Shown: in pieces, positions 24,073-39,000 of the stretch | Layout of the letters: every line of letters begins with the position of its first letter | How positions within the stretch are numbered: the stretch's first letter is position 1 | From: Macrostomum lignano | Lineage: Eukaryota | NCBI GenBank assembly: GCA_002269645.1 | Contig: NIVC01002831.1 | Coordinates: 1 to 64,000 of the forward strand | Direction of reading: 5' to 3' | Length of the DNA stretch: 64,000 bases | The notes under the pieces: generated by a model | Seen by the model: the letters and a program-made list of their open reading frames with translations, nothing else | Databases searched by the model: none | Told to the model about the DNA's origin: nothing | Made by a program: the position numbers and the translations under genes

Positions 24073-27000
24073 GTAAGCCTTCTGCCCCTCTTCTTCGAAT
24101 CTCGGATGCCCTTGCTTGCCTCTGCTGTGAGTGTTTTGCCGATAAGTCTGCTTGAGTTGCTTTCGTCTTATGCTCGAGACAAATGTGACTGCATCATTTG
24201 TACCTGGGTCATTCTGAGTCATGTGTCAGCGTCATTCTTGTGTGGATCAATCGTGTCTCGGTCATTCTATTGTGTCTGGATCCATCGTGTCTATTGTGTC
24301 TGGGTCAATCGTGTCTGGGTCAATCGTTTCTGGGTCAATCGTGTCTGGGTCAATCGTGTCTGGGGAAATCTTGTCTGGGTAATCGTGTCTGGGTTAATCT
24401 TGTCTAAGTGATTCGTGTCTGGGTCAATCGTGTCTGGGTCAATCGTGTCTGGGTCAATCGTGTCTGGATCCATCGTGTCTGGATCCATTGTGTCTGGGTC
24501 AATCGTGTCTGGATCCATCGTGTCTGGATCAGTCGGGTCTGGATCAGTCGGGTCTGGGTCAATCGTGTCTGGGTCAATCGTGTCAGGGTCAGTCGGGTCT
24601 GGGTCAATCGTGTCTGTATCAATCATGTCTGGATCAATATTGTCTGGATCAACCGTACCTGGATCAATAGTGTCTGGATCAATCGTGTCTGGGTCAATCG
24701 TGTCTGAGTCAATCGTGTCTGGGTCAATCGTGTCTGGATCACTAGAATCAGGGACGCCAAAGCTATTGCGGGGCACCATATATTTTGCGCCCCTGGCCCC
24801 GCCGCAGCACGTGCGCCTGTTTAAGTTGCTTAAGTCATGGTTATTTGCCTTATTTTAGAGCCATTTGTGTCTGAACATTATTCAGGTCTCGATTATTCTC
24901 TCTGTCTGATTCGCGTTCATTCATTCGGTCATTAGCATCGAGCTTTCTCGCAAACGAGCCATAAATCTTGTTGAATTTTAAATTCGATCTTATCTGGCCG
25001 GGTCTGGCTTTCATATGGTGTCATTAAAAAAAATGGCGAAAGATTACTAAAGGACGAATGCAAGGTCAACGCACCTTTCATTTCTTATCGTCTACGTTGA
25101 ACAGTGCAACAGCCTTATCAATTAGTTTTTATTATTTTCAGAGATCAATTGCCGAACTGTGTTGACAAAATAAACAAAATCTAATAGAGAGACACGAGCG
25201 GAAACCTGTGACCTGCTAAGTTCCATTTTTACTGTGTGAGCCATGCGTCATCAGTTCAGCTCCAGCGGTAACTATAGTTGTTGGCAACATAATTACGAGC
25301 CAACTATAGGCCTCTAATTAACCGTCTATAGATATATCGATAAATTCAACTCGACGCAGTTCTACGAGGGTTGTCAGAAAAGTTCTGTGTATATTGTAAT
25401 AACTTGAGAACGATAAACAGTATAGAAATATGAAAAGTTACAAATGTCTTCCTTAACATTTATTCACTCAAAGTATGAGCCCTCAGCTTCAATGCACTTC
25501 TCCCAACGCCGCACCAGCCCGTCAATGCCTGCAGTCATGCCATTGTTCGTCACGGCGGCAATGCCAGCCTTGTAGGCCCGATTCACGTCTTCCTCTGCGC
25601 TGAAGCGCTGGCCCCGCATCGACTCCTTGATGCGAAGGAAGAGGAAAAGGTCGCATGGACTTAAGTACGGGGAATAAGGCGGATGCGGAAGAATTTCCCA
25701 CCCCCACGACTCGATCGTAGCCAGCACGCTTTGCTTTCGGTGCGGGGCTGCGTTGTCGTGAAGCAGAATCGGGCCAGCCGCGTGAAGTGCAGGCCTTTTG
25801 TCCCGAATGGCACGCCGAACTTTCACCAAAACCGACAGGTAGAAATCACAATTGACCGTCTGCCCCACTGGCACAGGCTGATCGAACAACAGACCCTCCC
25901 GGTCAAAGAAAGTCACGTGCATGACCTTCAGCTGGCCGATGCTCCGGATGGCCTTTTGAGGTCGCGGAGAACCTGGCCTGCACCATGTGGCACTCTGCCG
26001 CTTCAACTCCGCCTCCCAAGAATGCGCTCAGGTTTCGTCGCAGGCAACGATCCTTTGCAGGAACGCCATGCCCTCCGCCGACACCGCTGCAGGTTGGATG
26101 CGCACATGGCGATCCGCCGAGCCCGCTGATCGTCAGTGAGCAGATGCGGCACCCACTTGGCACAGACCTTGCGCATCCCAAGGTCCTCGGTCAGGATCTT
26201 GTGGACTGAGTCGTGGGACACCCCTATGGCATCAGCCAGCTGCCTGGTGGTCAGTCTCCGGTCCTGCAGCACGGCTGCCTTCACCTGACTCACCAGGCTG
26301 TCAGTCCGAGCACTCGTTGGTCGTCCACTGCGTGGGTTGTCGTCGAGGTCTTTTTTTGCCGTTGCGAATGGCAATAGCCCAACGTCTCATAAGATGGGCA
26401 AAAGTCTCCTATATGGTCTGCCGCATTTCTTCAAGAATCTCGGTTGCTGAACGCCCCTGAAGGACATGAAATTTGATGATATCGATTGTCGCGCTTAGAA
26501 AAACTCTTTCGCGGGGGACGGAATGCGACATGGGTGTGGTTGAAAAACTACTGCTACACAGGCTAGAAATGATCTATTGCTCTAAAACTGAAGCTAGCGA
26601 CTCTTTATATATGTATATATCTATGGCTAAAACCCCAACTCTTTAGTTATTCATAGAGCTGAGCTATTCTCGAATACACAGACAAACAGAACTTTGTACA
26701 CAGAACATTTCTGACAACCCTCGTAATTTCACCAGAAATCTACCTGAACTTTGAGATGAGAGACGGATTTTCTGAATAACTGATAAAATAGAGAATATTT
26801 TAATCTATTTAAGCTATCAGCCTATAGTATTTCCATTCATTTAAGATAGTTTCTAAATATTGATAGAAATGACGGGCAAAGAGTTAAGTACTTCAAGGTA
26901 GATGAACAGCAAGACTGAGAAAATCGATGAACTAAGGTGCTGATGCTTTCAAGTTTTACGTTGTGGCATCGAAATGAAATTCATCGCAGTATAGAGTGCT

Positions 27001-30000
27001 ACAGGTATTGCATGACCAATAATGCATGAAAAAATTAGAATATATAGAATGTGCTTATAAATTTAGTCTAACTAGCAAAAAATTTAAATTTGGAAAAGAC
27101 GATCGGTTTCGTCGAGGGTCAAAGAATGAGTACGAGCGTATGGCCGATACAGGTGGCGATTTCCCATACTGAAACTGCTGTAAAACTTCGAGCTTGCACT
27201 GAAACAATCGTTTGAAAATCGTAGAGGACGGCAAGACGCTGCTGTTCACTATTCGGAGCAACATCGGCGAGGACCCGCAGAAGGCGTTCGTCACCCGGGG
27301 CAACGGCAACCGGCCAGCCCCGTCGCCCAATGAGCCGCTGCCGGCCGTCTACCGGTCCGACCTGCTCGACGAGCTGCCCGACACTGTCCGCCGTCTAGAC
27401 AAAACCTACATGGTCGCCGAGATGCGCGTCGACAGGGCCGTCGTGATGCGCGTCGTCTTCGATGTCGGCGACTACCCGGACAGCCTAGACCAGTTCAACT
27501 GGTTCTCGCCGTCCCGCCTGATCGGCGCCTGGCCCTACCGCCTTGACGACGTGGCCAAGTTTAGCGCCTTCTCCATCGAGGGTGACGCAAACAAGGAGCG
27601 CAGGTTCTTCATAGCAACGAGCTTCGACGGCTGCAATGGTGACCGCGGCTTCTGGCTCGTGTCCGGCGCCAGAGATCCCTGTGGCTGGGGCCACAACGGC
27701 TGGAAGGGCCTCGCACCGGCGCTGATCTACAATAGATTTAAGGACCGCACGCTGCAACAGGGTGCCGCGTATGCCGACCAGTTTCTGGTGTACCTCACCG
27801 ACACTGTGGACGAGTTTCGAGCCGAGTTCAGGAAGACCTTCTTCCACGGTGAGCACTTTACTGAAACTATTAACATTATCGAATAACTAAGGCAATTATA
27901 GTTGAAAGTCGCCCTGATCTGCTACAGCGGAAAGAAAACAGCTTCTGTACACGATCAAGGCCAACATCCACAAGAGCGCGCTGGAAACGTTCAGGCAGCA
28001 ACAAAACTATCGCGCGCCAATCGACGATAATTTGCCGATTATGTACCGGTCCGACCTGCTGGACGATCTGTCGTGGACCGTAAAAGACTCGGGCATGACC
28101 CAGATGGTGATGGAGCTCGTCAAGGACCACTCAGTGGTGGCTCAGTTGGTTTTCAATGTGACTAAGGATGTCGACAGTCTGACCTTAGACAACTGGTTCT
28201 CGCTAGAACGGCTGGAGTCCTCCTATCCCTACCTGGTGGACAAGACCAAGTTCAACTACTTCTCTTTGGATGGAGACGTGGGCGAGCAGCGGCGGTTTTA
28301 CATCAGCTACAACTATGGAGGCTGTCATGTTGACGCCGGGTTCATCGCTATCTCAGATGCCAGAGACAGTTGCAACTGGGCCAACCGCAACTGGCGCGGC
28401 TCCCCGCCGTTGCTGCTGTACAACCGGCTGCAGAACAAGCCGTTCCATGCTGGCGTCGACACGGCCGACCGGATGCTTGTGTACCTCACGCACGAGGTCG
28501 AGGACAGACGATGGAAGTTCAGGCAACCGTTCATTGTTGGTGCGTGCGAACATTTTTGCAAAAGCATTGTGCAAGTATATTACTTTGGGCACTTATACTT
28601 AGGGTAGTTGAACGAAGCAGTAAAATAAGATATATTTATTTTAATGCCCTAATAATAATCACGAGTCAGAATCAAAGACCGGTGTTACAGTTTAGAGCCT
28701 CTGGGGCTCCGGCCAGTTTGGGTCGCCGATCCGGAGACTGCGAACAGGCTGGGATCTCCAACCGGAGACTTTACAGGGTGTAAGATCTCCTTCTGACAAT
28801 ATCGCCCCCTGTATCCTGCAGGAGGCGCTAAAGCTGCAAAACTTTGCTGATTCTTTCTCTAAATTGCTTGTTGACTGTTATACCACAGGTTACATTCCCA
28901 CAATCTGGAGAATGTCCAGAGTCGTGTTCATCCCGAAACCTGCTAAGGGTGACTACACCAACGTGAAATCCTTCCGGCCCATCAGCCTCACTTCCTTTTG
29001 TGTTAAGCTGATGGAGAGGCTCATCCTGTGGAGGCTTCGAGAGTGCGACCTGCGCTCCGACCCTGTCAGTAAGTACCAGTACGCCTTCCAGCCTGGGAGG
29101 ACGACTGAGCATGCTCTCCACGCCATTACCTCCAAAATTGAGAGTGCCATCCTTAGCAAACAACTCGCTTGCGGGTTGTTCGTTGACTTCGAAGGAGCAT
29201 TTGACAATGTCCTCTTCCGCTCCTTCAGAAATTCTCTTTCCCGCAGGAATGTAAGACACAGCATTGTTCGCTGGATTTATTTTATGATCCGCAAAAGGTT
29301 TGTGACATCCACACTTATGGGCGTTACCCTCACCCGGGCGGTGATGAAAGGCGGCCCGCAAGGTGGCGTGCTAACTCCACTTCTCTGGAATCTCGTCATG
29401 GACGAACTTCTAACCGCTGACATTCCCAGCAGTATCACCAGGGCGGGCTACGCCGATGACGTTGCCGCGGTCGTCAGCGGACCCGACCCCGCCACTCTGC
29501 GCAACCTGATGCAGCAATTCGCCGACAAGGCGGCCGACTGGGCTACACAGCATGGCCTAAAAATCAGCGTCACTAAGACTGTCGCTGTCGTTTTCACCAA
29601 GCGCCGTAAGGGGGAGATGAAAAACCTCACTGTCTATGGCAGAAACATCCCCTTCAAGAAGGAGGTCAAATACCTCGGTGTGACGCTAACGCATGACCTG
29701 CGCTGGACGAAGCACCTTGATAACGTCATCGGTCGGGCAAAACGCTGCTTTGCCCAGCTGCGCAGAGCCATCGGGCCGACTTGGGGCCTCTCGCCTAGAA
29801 CGGTCCGTTGGATTTATACCGGCATCATCCGGCCCAGTATCACATACGCGAGTCTCATCTGGACTAGCGTGCTGGAGCAGAAGGCCGCCCGTCAGCGGCT
29901 GTACCAGCTTCAGGGCAGCATTTGCCGTGCCATCACAGGTGCGTACCCGTCCACCCCTTACGAGGGGCTGAACACTATCCTTAACCTACCTCCGCTTCAC

Positions 30001-33000
30001 CTATTTATTAGGGCGGAGGCTATGAAGTCTGCCTCCCGGCTTATCAGAGATAAAACGTTAAATAACGCGCCCTCTGGCTTTATGCCAATGAAAACATTAA
30101 TCCCGCATATGGACTTTGTCCGCCGCGACCTTAACAACATCCACATGGACCTGGGCAATGTGGATAGTCGACCTCCCGCCCTCAACATCAGGAGGGGCTT
30201 CAAGACCGCCATCCCTGGCCGAGACAACATTCCGCTGGATGTCGGTGTGAACCGGCGCAGCCAGGGCATTCACTGCTTCACCGACGGCTCGCTGTTCAAC
30301 GGCCGCGCTGGAGCGGGTATTGCCATTTTCCACGAGGGTAAGATGCTTCTCCAGGAAAGTCTGCACCTCGGTGAGAACACCTCAGTTTTCCAAGCTGAAA
30401 TTTGCGCCATTGAGCAGTGTGCCCAGCAACTGTTTCAGGCGAACATTAATAATTTTGACATTAATTTCTACACTGATAGCCAAGCTGCTATTAAGGCCTT
30501 AACCACTGAGAATATCTCCGCTGCTACAGTATCTCAATGCCACCGCAGTGTGCAATCTCTCTCAGTCCTTAACAGGATTAGAATTATCTGGACACCTGGT
30601 CACAGCAACATCCTGGGCAACGAGCTCGCGGACTCTCTCGCCAAGGAGGGCAGCAACCCAGACGGCAACCACCGTCTGATGAGGCTACCCACCCCCAGGT
30701 CGCAAGTCACCCGCCATATCAACAGGTGGCTCCATCAGCAGCACCAGCTCCACTGGAACAGCTGCACCGAGTACAGGCAGAGCCGCTCTGCCATGCCTAA
30801 CCTGAACAGGAAAGTCTCTGATTATCTGATTTCGCTTAACAGAACCGACCTCAGGGAGATGTGCATGGTCCTAACCGGCCACGGATTCTTCCAGAGACAT
30901 ATATCGTTGCAAACCGGTTGCCCTCCCACCTGTCCCTTCTGTGGCATAGGAGAGGAGACCGCGGAGCATCACGTCACCTTCTGCCCTTACTTCAACAAGG
31001 CGCGGCACAAATACCTCGGCCACCCCCAGCGGATGGACGAGCTGACCACCGCGGACAATATCCGAGACCTCCGCGCCTTCGTCCGGGACTCCGGCCGGAT
31101 GAGGGTCGCCGATGCCTCCACTGCGGACCTGCCGACTACTGGCGGGGACTGGGCGCACCCCCAAGGCTAATCCTTGTGCTCTTTTACCTTGGGGTTGCGA
31201 TAGGGGCCTCGCGGCCTATTCGCGGCGCCTGCGCCCCCCGTCAGTAGTAAGTAAGTAAGTAAGATCTCCTTCGGAGACTACAAACGGTTATGGATCTCCG
31301 CGATAGGAGATGCGTAACCGTTGTGGGATCTCCAAGGCATGGTCAGGTCTCCCTATCCGGAGATCTTAAACCAGATTCCGTTGTCCCCTCGGAGATTCTG
31401 CACCGTTTGCCGATTTCCTTCACGAGTGCAAAAACTAGGGTTTGATTTAGGATCTCCAGTTACCGATCTCCCCCATAATTAATATGTCGAAAATTATAAT
31501 CTCTAGCTTTTTATTGTGTATAGAAACCTTCCGTGAGGGCGATTGTAAAATGGCGTAATTTTTCGTGTTGGGTCTCCGTGCAGGAGATCCTTAACTTCAG
31601 GGAACAGAAATCCTAACACCGGTTCACTTTGCCGCAAAAAGTTCCAAAGGTTAGATATCATTCAAATACTGAAGTAAGTTTAAAAAAGGATCTGAACCAG
31701 CTGTACATTGATTTAAGCCATCTTTGACGTGCAGAGCTATTAGTGGTAATGTGAACCGGCCTTTAAGAAGCTAGAGGTTCATGTATTGAGAAAACGAACG
31801 CCAGAGTTATACAGCATCTTTGATTGTGTTAGCAACTTTTTGGCAAGAAACATTTAATCTATTTCTATTGGCTTTCAGACGGAGACAAGCAAATCCTGTA
31901 CACAATCACGCCCAACGTTGGGAAAGAAGCGGTGGACACATTCAAGCATCAGCAGGACTACCCGATTCCATCCGATCGCTCCCTGCCCCCAATTTACCGG
32001 TCGGACCTGCTGGACCAGATGGATAAAACCGTGAGGCGTTCAGGTCGTAGCAAGATGGTTGCAGAGATGCGCAAAAACAACGCAGTAGTAGCGAGACTTG
32101 TATTTGACGTTGCAACTGACACGGATTCGCTTACCTTACTCAATTGGTTCTCAAGAGATAGACTCGTCGCAGCGTACCCTTATCAGATTTCCAAGAAAAT
32201 TCATCTGAACTACTTTAGCGTGGATGGTGACACATCCTTAAAGCGAGGATTCTCTGTAACGGACACGGGAAAGGGATGTGACAACGATTTAGGATTCTGG
32301 ATTGTCACAGACAGGAAGGATCCTTGCAACTGGGGATCACAGGGCTGGAAGGGAGCCGCGCCAGTGCTGCTATACAACAGATTCCGAACGGCGCCATTTC
32401 GCACCGGGGTGGACTATGCGGACCGCTTCGTGGTCTACTTGACAAACCACGTGGACGAACTGCGCCCAGAGTTCACAAAAGCGGTCCTGTTTGGTGAGAC
32501 ATTTTATTTGATCGAAAGAATTTATGGAAAAATTCTATTGGATGCTTAACAATAGGAAATTCAATAACAAAAACTCAAGTAAAAAATTTTAGAAAAAGGC
32601 AAGCAGCTGCTTTACACCATTGTTCCGAACGTGCACTTGGAGGCTCTGACAACATTCGAGCATCAACAAAACTACAAAATGCCTGCCGATGGGTCTCTGC
32701 CTCCGGTCTACAGATCCGATCTCATCGACGAGCTTCCTCGAGCTGTGAGGCAGTCGGGAATGACCAAGATGGTCGTCGAGATGCGCAAAGACAATAAAGT
32801 CGTCTCTCAAGTGGCATTCGATGTTTCCACCGACACAGAGAAGCTCGACAAAGAGAACTGGTTCTCGCTGTTAAGACTGTACTCATCTTACCCTTATCCA
32901 ATTAGTCGGAAAGAGTTCAACTACTTTTCTTTGGATGGGGATACTGGCCAGAAGCGAAGATTCTACATCAGCAACCACTATGGAGGTTGCGACCGAGATT

Positions 33001-36000
33001 CAGGCTTCATCATGGTGTCTGACTCGCGCGGCAACTGCGACTGGGTAACTCGAGGCTGGCGAGGCTCTCCTCCGAGTCTGGCCTACAACCGAGAGCAGGG
33101 TCGATCGTTCCACGACAGCGTTGGGTACGCGGACAGACTAGTAATTTACCTGACAAAAGAGGTACTGGATCCTCGAGCCGAGTTTAAGAAGCCGCTAATC
33201 ATCGGTAGGATATACTCGTACCTTTTGGTCAATTTTTGTTCCTTCTTTGTTCTTTGTCCTACGTTTCTACAAAAGTTTTTGCCTTTTAGGACTTGTATTG
33301 CTCCAAAATGAAATTCTCTTCAGCAACTGCAGTAAAATGTGCTGGAAACTATATTTTTTGCAACATAGTCTAGACGATTCTAGCCTTCCAACTACGAGCG
33401 TACCCAATTTAACGAATTTTTCCAATCGAAAATTTATCTTGTGAGAGTTTTAAATTTCCAAAAAACAGCAAACTAAGTAGAAGGAATAAGTCTTCTGTTA
33501 GTACTAAAGAAAATTCAATCCAGTATTTATTTCTTCGGTTAAAATTTGTAAAAGATAATATTGCCATCAGAATTCTCTAAGGGCAACAATGCATCTCATT
33601 GACGATTCGGTTTCGATAGACACTTGTTGGGACTCGAACGCCCAAGCTCCGAAGAAAAAACGTACAATTCACGTACAATCAGGATTTCTCTATCTAAACA
33701 TCTGAATATCTGAATCGTACGAGTGAAGAAGCTACGTACATCCAGTAAACCTGAGCAAGAGAAGTGTAGTTATTTGAATTCACCCGGTCTCCACGCTCTA
33801 GGACTGTGAATTTTTATAACATTGTGCCAAGCAACTACGCTCGTATTAGTCATTTACTCATTTTCTCATTTTCTCATTTTCTCATTTTCTCATTTACTCA
33901 TTTCTCATTCTCATTTCATTCATTCTCATTCATTTCATTCATTCTCATTCTCATTCTCATTCTCATTTTCTCATTTCTCATTCTCATTTTCTCATTTACT
34001 CATTTTACGAATTTCACTTATTACCGATGAAAACAACCGGAAAAGTTACAGTGATCGACCTAAAACTTCAAAAAACATTTAGTTTACACAATGGGTAAAC
34101 TCCTCCAGTTTCTATTGGAAACCGAAAACCATATATTTGCAGTACAGTAAGGATCATTAAAAAACTAAAGCTTTTCGTTCACCGGAAAAATACACTACGG
34201 AGATAGGAAATTTCACGATTTTCAACACTAAAACAGTGATTGTGTCTCTTAGAAGTGTCAGAGAAAGTTATAATCACACTATTTCGTGTTTCACATGCTG
34301 CTCTAACGACGCATTAATAGAATTTTTATGTTAAATTGGTCTGTGACTTGAAAAAACGTTTAAAATAATGACAAGAAATAATAACAATTTCCTATCTCCG
34401 TGGTGCATTTTTCCGGTAAAACCTGCCTTTAAAACTATTTCGGAACGAAAAGCTTTATGCATATCGATAGAGCAATAAGAAAGGCACAACATATCAAAAG
34501 ATGAACACTGGATCTGCCTAGTATTAAAAGGAAAAACAATTTTGGTGCTGAAAAAATTGAAACCTCCCATCTCTATAGTGTATTTTTCGGGGAAAAGTTG
34601 CCTTCAAAACATTTACCATAGATTTCGAGTGTAGCGTCCTATATATATATGTTACTTGAGTAGGCTTTGATATTGTCTTGAGCAAGAGATAAATCTACAG
34701 TAACCTTAAATCTATATCATCTCAGTACGGGCAAATAAATAATCTGCATCGGGTTCCACATCCTGAAATTGCACCTCGGTAATAAAAGAGTATCTTTTGA
34801 TTGCAGATGGCAGCAAGCAGGTGCTGTTCACGATCAAATCCAATATCAACACCGAGGCCAAGCACGCATACTCCTTCCAGCAGAACTACAAGGCTCCGAC
34901 TGACGGGTCTCTGCCTCCTGTCTACAGATCTGACCTGCTCGATCAACTCGCCCTCACTGTGAAGCAATCAGGAAAGAAAAAGATTGTCGCTGAGATGGAA
35001 AAAGATGATCACGTGGTTGCTCGAATGGTGTTTGACTTGTCAGAGAAGACCGACGAGATCACACTGATGAACTGGTTCTCGCGCTCTCGACTCGTCTCGT
35101 CCTATCCGTTCAAGATCGATCCGAAGCAAAGCACGAACTACTTTAGTATTGACGGAGACGCTGGTCAAAACAGACGCTTTTTTGTTTCGTTCTCTGGTGG
35201 TGGATGTGACAATGATCGAGGCTTCTGGATGGTGTCCGACAAACGCGATCCGTGCACTTGGGGCAACGAAGGCTGGAAGGGCTCGGCTCCAGTGCTGGTG
35301 TACAACAGATACCGAACTGCCACCTTTAGAAGCGGAGTGGACTATGCTGATCGATTCACGATCTACCTGACGGACTCGGTGACGGAACTGCGAGAGGAGT
35401 TCAATCGGAAGGTCATGTTTGGTAAGTGTGTTATTGAAAGCAAAGTTATTTGTTTTTTTTGTTGATTGCTTGTTTTTGTTGTTCGATAAGGTTTTGAAGT
35501 TCGGCAATCTTGAGGGTAACATGGGCGTTTCCTTGGAGAAACAGAACTGATTCCTTGCGCTTAATGGTGCGGCAGCAGGCGGGGCGGTCGGCGTGCTCCA
35601 GGGTCACCTCCGGGTGGCACGAGGTGATGCAATGTGGGCTGCTTAAGGCAGTCTGCTTTGCAATGGTTCTGTTAAGGTCAGGGCACACTTTGTGGCAATC
35701 GGCGGATGGCGGCGCGGAATTTGTGGGTTCAGCCCCTGCAACAGGCCGGGTTCAGATCCTGGGTCGCAGAAGTTTTAGTTCAGGGCGCACCAGCGCAACG
35801 GCTGGCTATCGAACTGACCGGGTCCGGTGTCGCCGGACATCGCTCAAACAAATCCACCCCTTGTACCTGGTGATTCCTCTGCAGGCTGTCGTGCGATTGC
35901 AAAACGAGTTGCAGTTTTGATCGGCGTATTTGAGCGGGATGGTCCCGTTGTGAATTCTGGCGTCGCAGGAGAGGCACAGGGCCTGGACCGATTGCAAAGC

Positions 36001-39000
36001 GGAGGCGGGGGTGCTGAGTCTCGGGGTGTCGGTCATCAGGATCAAAATTGTGATCGGCGCTTTACGTTTGTATCTGATCCCGTTGATAGCGTCGGACTCC
36101 GCTGCATTCAATTTTCACATGTCACAATTCCGCTGCATTGTAACAAGTACTTCGCAAAGTGTGCTTTGGCGCTGTAGGAATAGGAGATCTCTTCTGAGAT
36201 CTCTTCTGAGCGGTTGCAGTCATTGTTGTTAAACGGGGGGAAAGAGCTAGCTTCCCGCGGATCAGCCCTGGGGGGGGGGGCTCTGCCGCTGAGTGGCACT
36301 TCCAGGGGCCTAAGCCCGAGATACCTTCCTGATTGGGCCCCGACGTCTAGGCCAGGGGGAATTTTGGGGCTACTAACCCAAACCTATGGTACAAGACACC
36401 GCCAACCCAAAACGTGGAATTTCGGTGCTAGGACCGAGTTTACCCAGGCTACCCCCCAGCAGACAAGTCCTCGGGAGTGCGCGAAAAACAGAAGCAGTTG
36501 CAGTCATTAGGGCTTGGATTGCAAGCAGAGGCAAAAGAAGAAGCGTCAAAACTTGGGGCGTCGGACGAGCTGGAGCTCAGGGAAATAATCATGTAGTGTG
36601 TGCGCACCAGGAGAGGTGGTTGCCTGGTAGCAGGCATCGTAGTACGGCAGGCCCCCGACCATCCGAGTCGCCTCGGAGAGGTGATGCCTATGACCACAGC
36701 TACATCGTTGTTAATACCGTGGCTGTCCATACCTGTTGATACGATGGGCCGCTGCTGCTGCTGCTGCTGCTGTGTGAGTGTCGTCGGGAACGATTTCCCC
36801 CCTGTCAGAGCTACTCTAGGCCACGGACTACTTAAGTATACGCTAAGGGAAATTCAGCCTCCAAAAACATTTACACGAATCCTGCGTGTCGCGTCCTTTA
36901 TAAACGACAATTAAATTGTCCCGGCTCTGGGCGGGCTGACCGAAGGAAACTTAACACTACGTCCTCATCACTCAAGCTGCTCTTGCTGCTGTCATTGTTG
37001 TTGTTATTGACCACCCACTGGGTCTCCTGGTTGTTTGACCTTCCAATGCTAACTGGCTGCTTTGTGTGAGTTGTATCGGATTTTACCGTATTTAACTAAT
37101 TTTCTACTATATTCGTATGTATAAGTTTGTGAGACGTTACGAATAAAATGATCCGTGCATTTAAAACCATTAAATACTCGAATAAGACTAATTAAGGTCG
37201 ACAAAACTTATTCACCAGAAATAAGCACTGTAAAAAATATTCCAACCTGCATCACTTTCCAATTTAGAAAACGACAAACAGCTGTTGTTCACCATTGTTC
37301 CGAACGTGCACTTGGAGACTCTGGAGACATTCGAGCATCAACAAAACTACAAAATACCTGCCGATGGATCTCTGCCTCCGGTCTACAGATCCGATCTCAT
37401 CGACGAGCTTCCTCGAGCTGTGAGGCAGTCGGGAATGACCAAGATGGTCGTCGAGATGCGCAAAGACGACAATCAAGTCGTCTCCCAAGTGGTGTTCGAT
37501 GTTTCCACCGACACAGAGAAGCTCGACAAAGAGAACTGGTTCTCGGAGCTTAGACTTGAGTCGTCTTATCCGTACTCGGTCGATCGGAAAGAGTTTAACT
37601 ACTTTTCTCTGGAAGGCGAGAGAAGCTCAAAGCGACGCTTCTACATCAACAACTGGCACCACGGATGCCACCGAGAGACGGGCTTCATTGTTGTGTCGGA
37701 CGCGCGCGGTCACTGCGACTACGTGACTCGAGGCTGGAGGGGATCTGCTCCGACCTTGATTTACAGTCGACTACCTGGAAAGCCGTTCGAAGAGAGCGCA
37801 GGATACGCTGACAGGCTACTGATTTACCTTGCAAAGGAAGTTCCGGACCTCAGGGCCGAGTTCAAGAAGCCACTCATGATCGGTACGTTATGCTGTTAAG
37901 TTTATTGATTGGGATCACAGGATTTACGAGTACTGCGTTTTATCTGTTGGCTGATTTCTTCACAGATTGGTATATAAAAGCTTTAAAAATCTCAAAGAGT
38001 TTGCTGAAGAAACAAAATTACGATTACTTGTTGACTGTTGGAACTTTTTTATAGCTTTTTGCAGCCCCATTTGAGCTGACACGGATAAGATTTAATCCAA
38101 GGAGTTATATAGAACTCTATGACATATTCTGTCAGGCAGCCTTGCTACCACAGACAAAAGCTGCATTATTTTGGACAACATACGAGCATATCTTGGATTA
38201 CAGTGCCCAAGAATTGGCTGAAAAAAGCTAACATTTTATGAAAAAGTGCCATTATATTAATGTTTAAAAAAGTCAATTGAAAACCCTGGGTTAACCATGA
38301 CTTTATTCATAGAGACAAGGCCATGTGTTCGCGGATCGATACCGACGAAAAGCTCAAGAAAAAAGAATGCAGGGAGTTGGTATACCTCGCTAGGGCTGAG
38401 CGTACACGGTCACTAACTGACAAAGAGAGATAGGTTGATGCAAAACTGTACACGCTGAGTAAGTCCACTGGCTAGTTTAAAAGTCGCCAGCCTACAAGGA
38501 CAAGACAGCTACCTATATATGCAATAGTACCTCGTAGAATGCCCTAGAAAAAATTAATTTTTTATTCAACTCTATTGACGCAGATGGCAGCAAGCAGGTG
38601 CTGTTCACGATCAAATCCAACATCAACACCGAGGCCAAGCACGCATACTCTGTCCAGCAGAACTACAAGGCTCCGATTCGTGGTTGCTCGAATGGTTTTT
38701 GACTTGTCAGAGAAGACCGACGAGATCACACTGATGAACTGGTTCTCGCGCTCTCGACTCGTCTCGTCCTATCCGTTCAAGATCGATCCGAAGCAAAGCA
38801 CGAACTACTTTAGTATTGACGGAGACGCTGGTCAAAACAGACGCTTTTTCGTTTCGTTCTCTGGTGGTGGATGTGACAATGATCGAGGCTTCTGGATGGT
38901 GTCCGACAAACGTGATCCGTGCACTTGGGGCAACGAAGGCTGGAAGGGCTCGGCTCCAGTGCTGGTGTACAACAGATACCGAACTGCCACCTTTAGAAGC

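Noticed and set aside
22920-24858. MTPKL/GVIA and DPDTI/SGSIV repeat ORFs
   Set aside because: Products of the 21-bp and 15-bp arrays; no splice or domain support.
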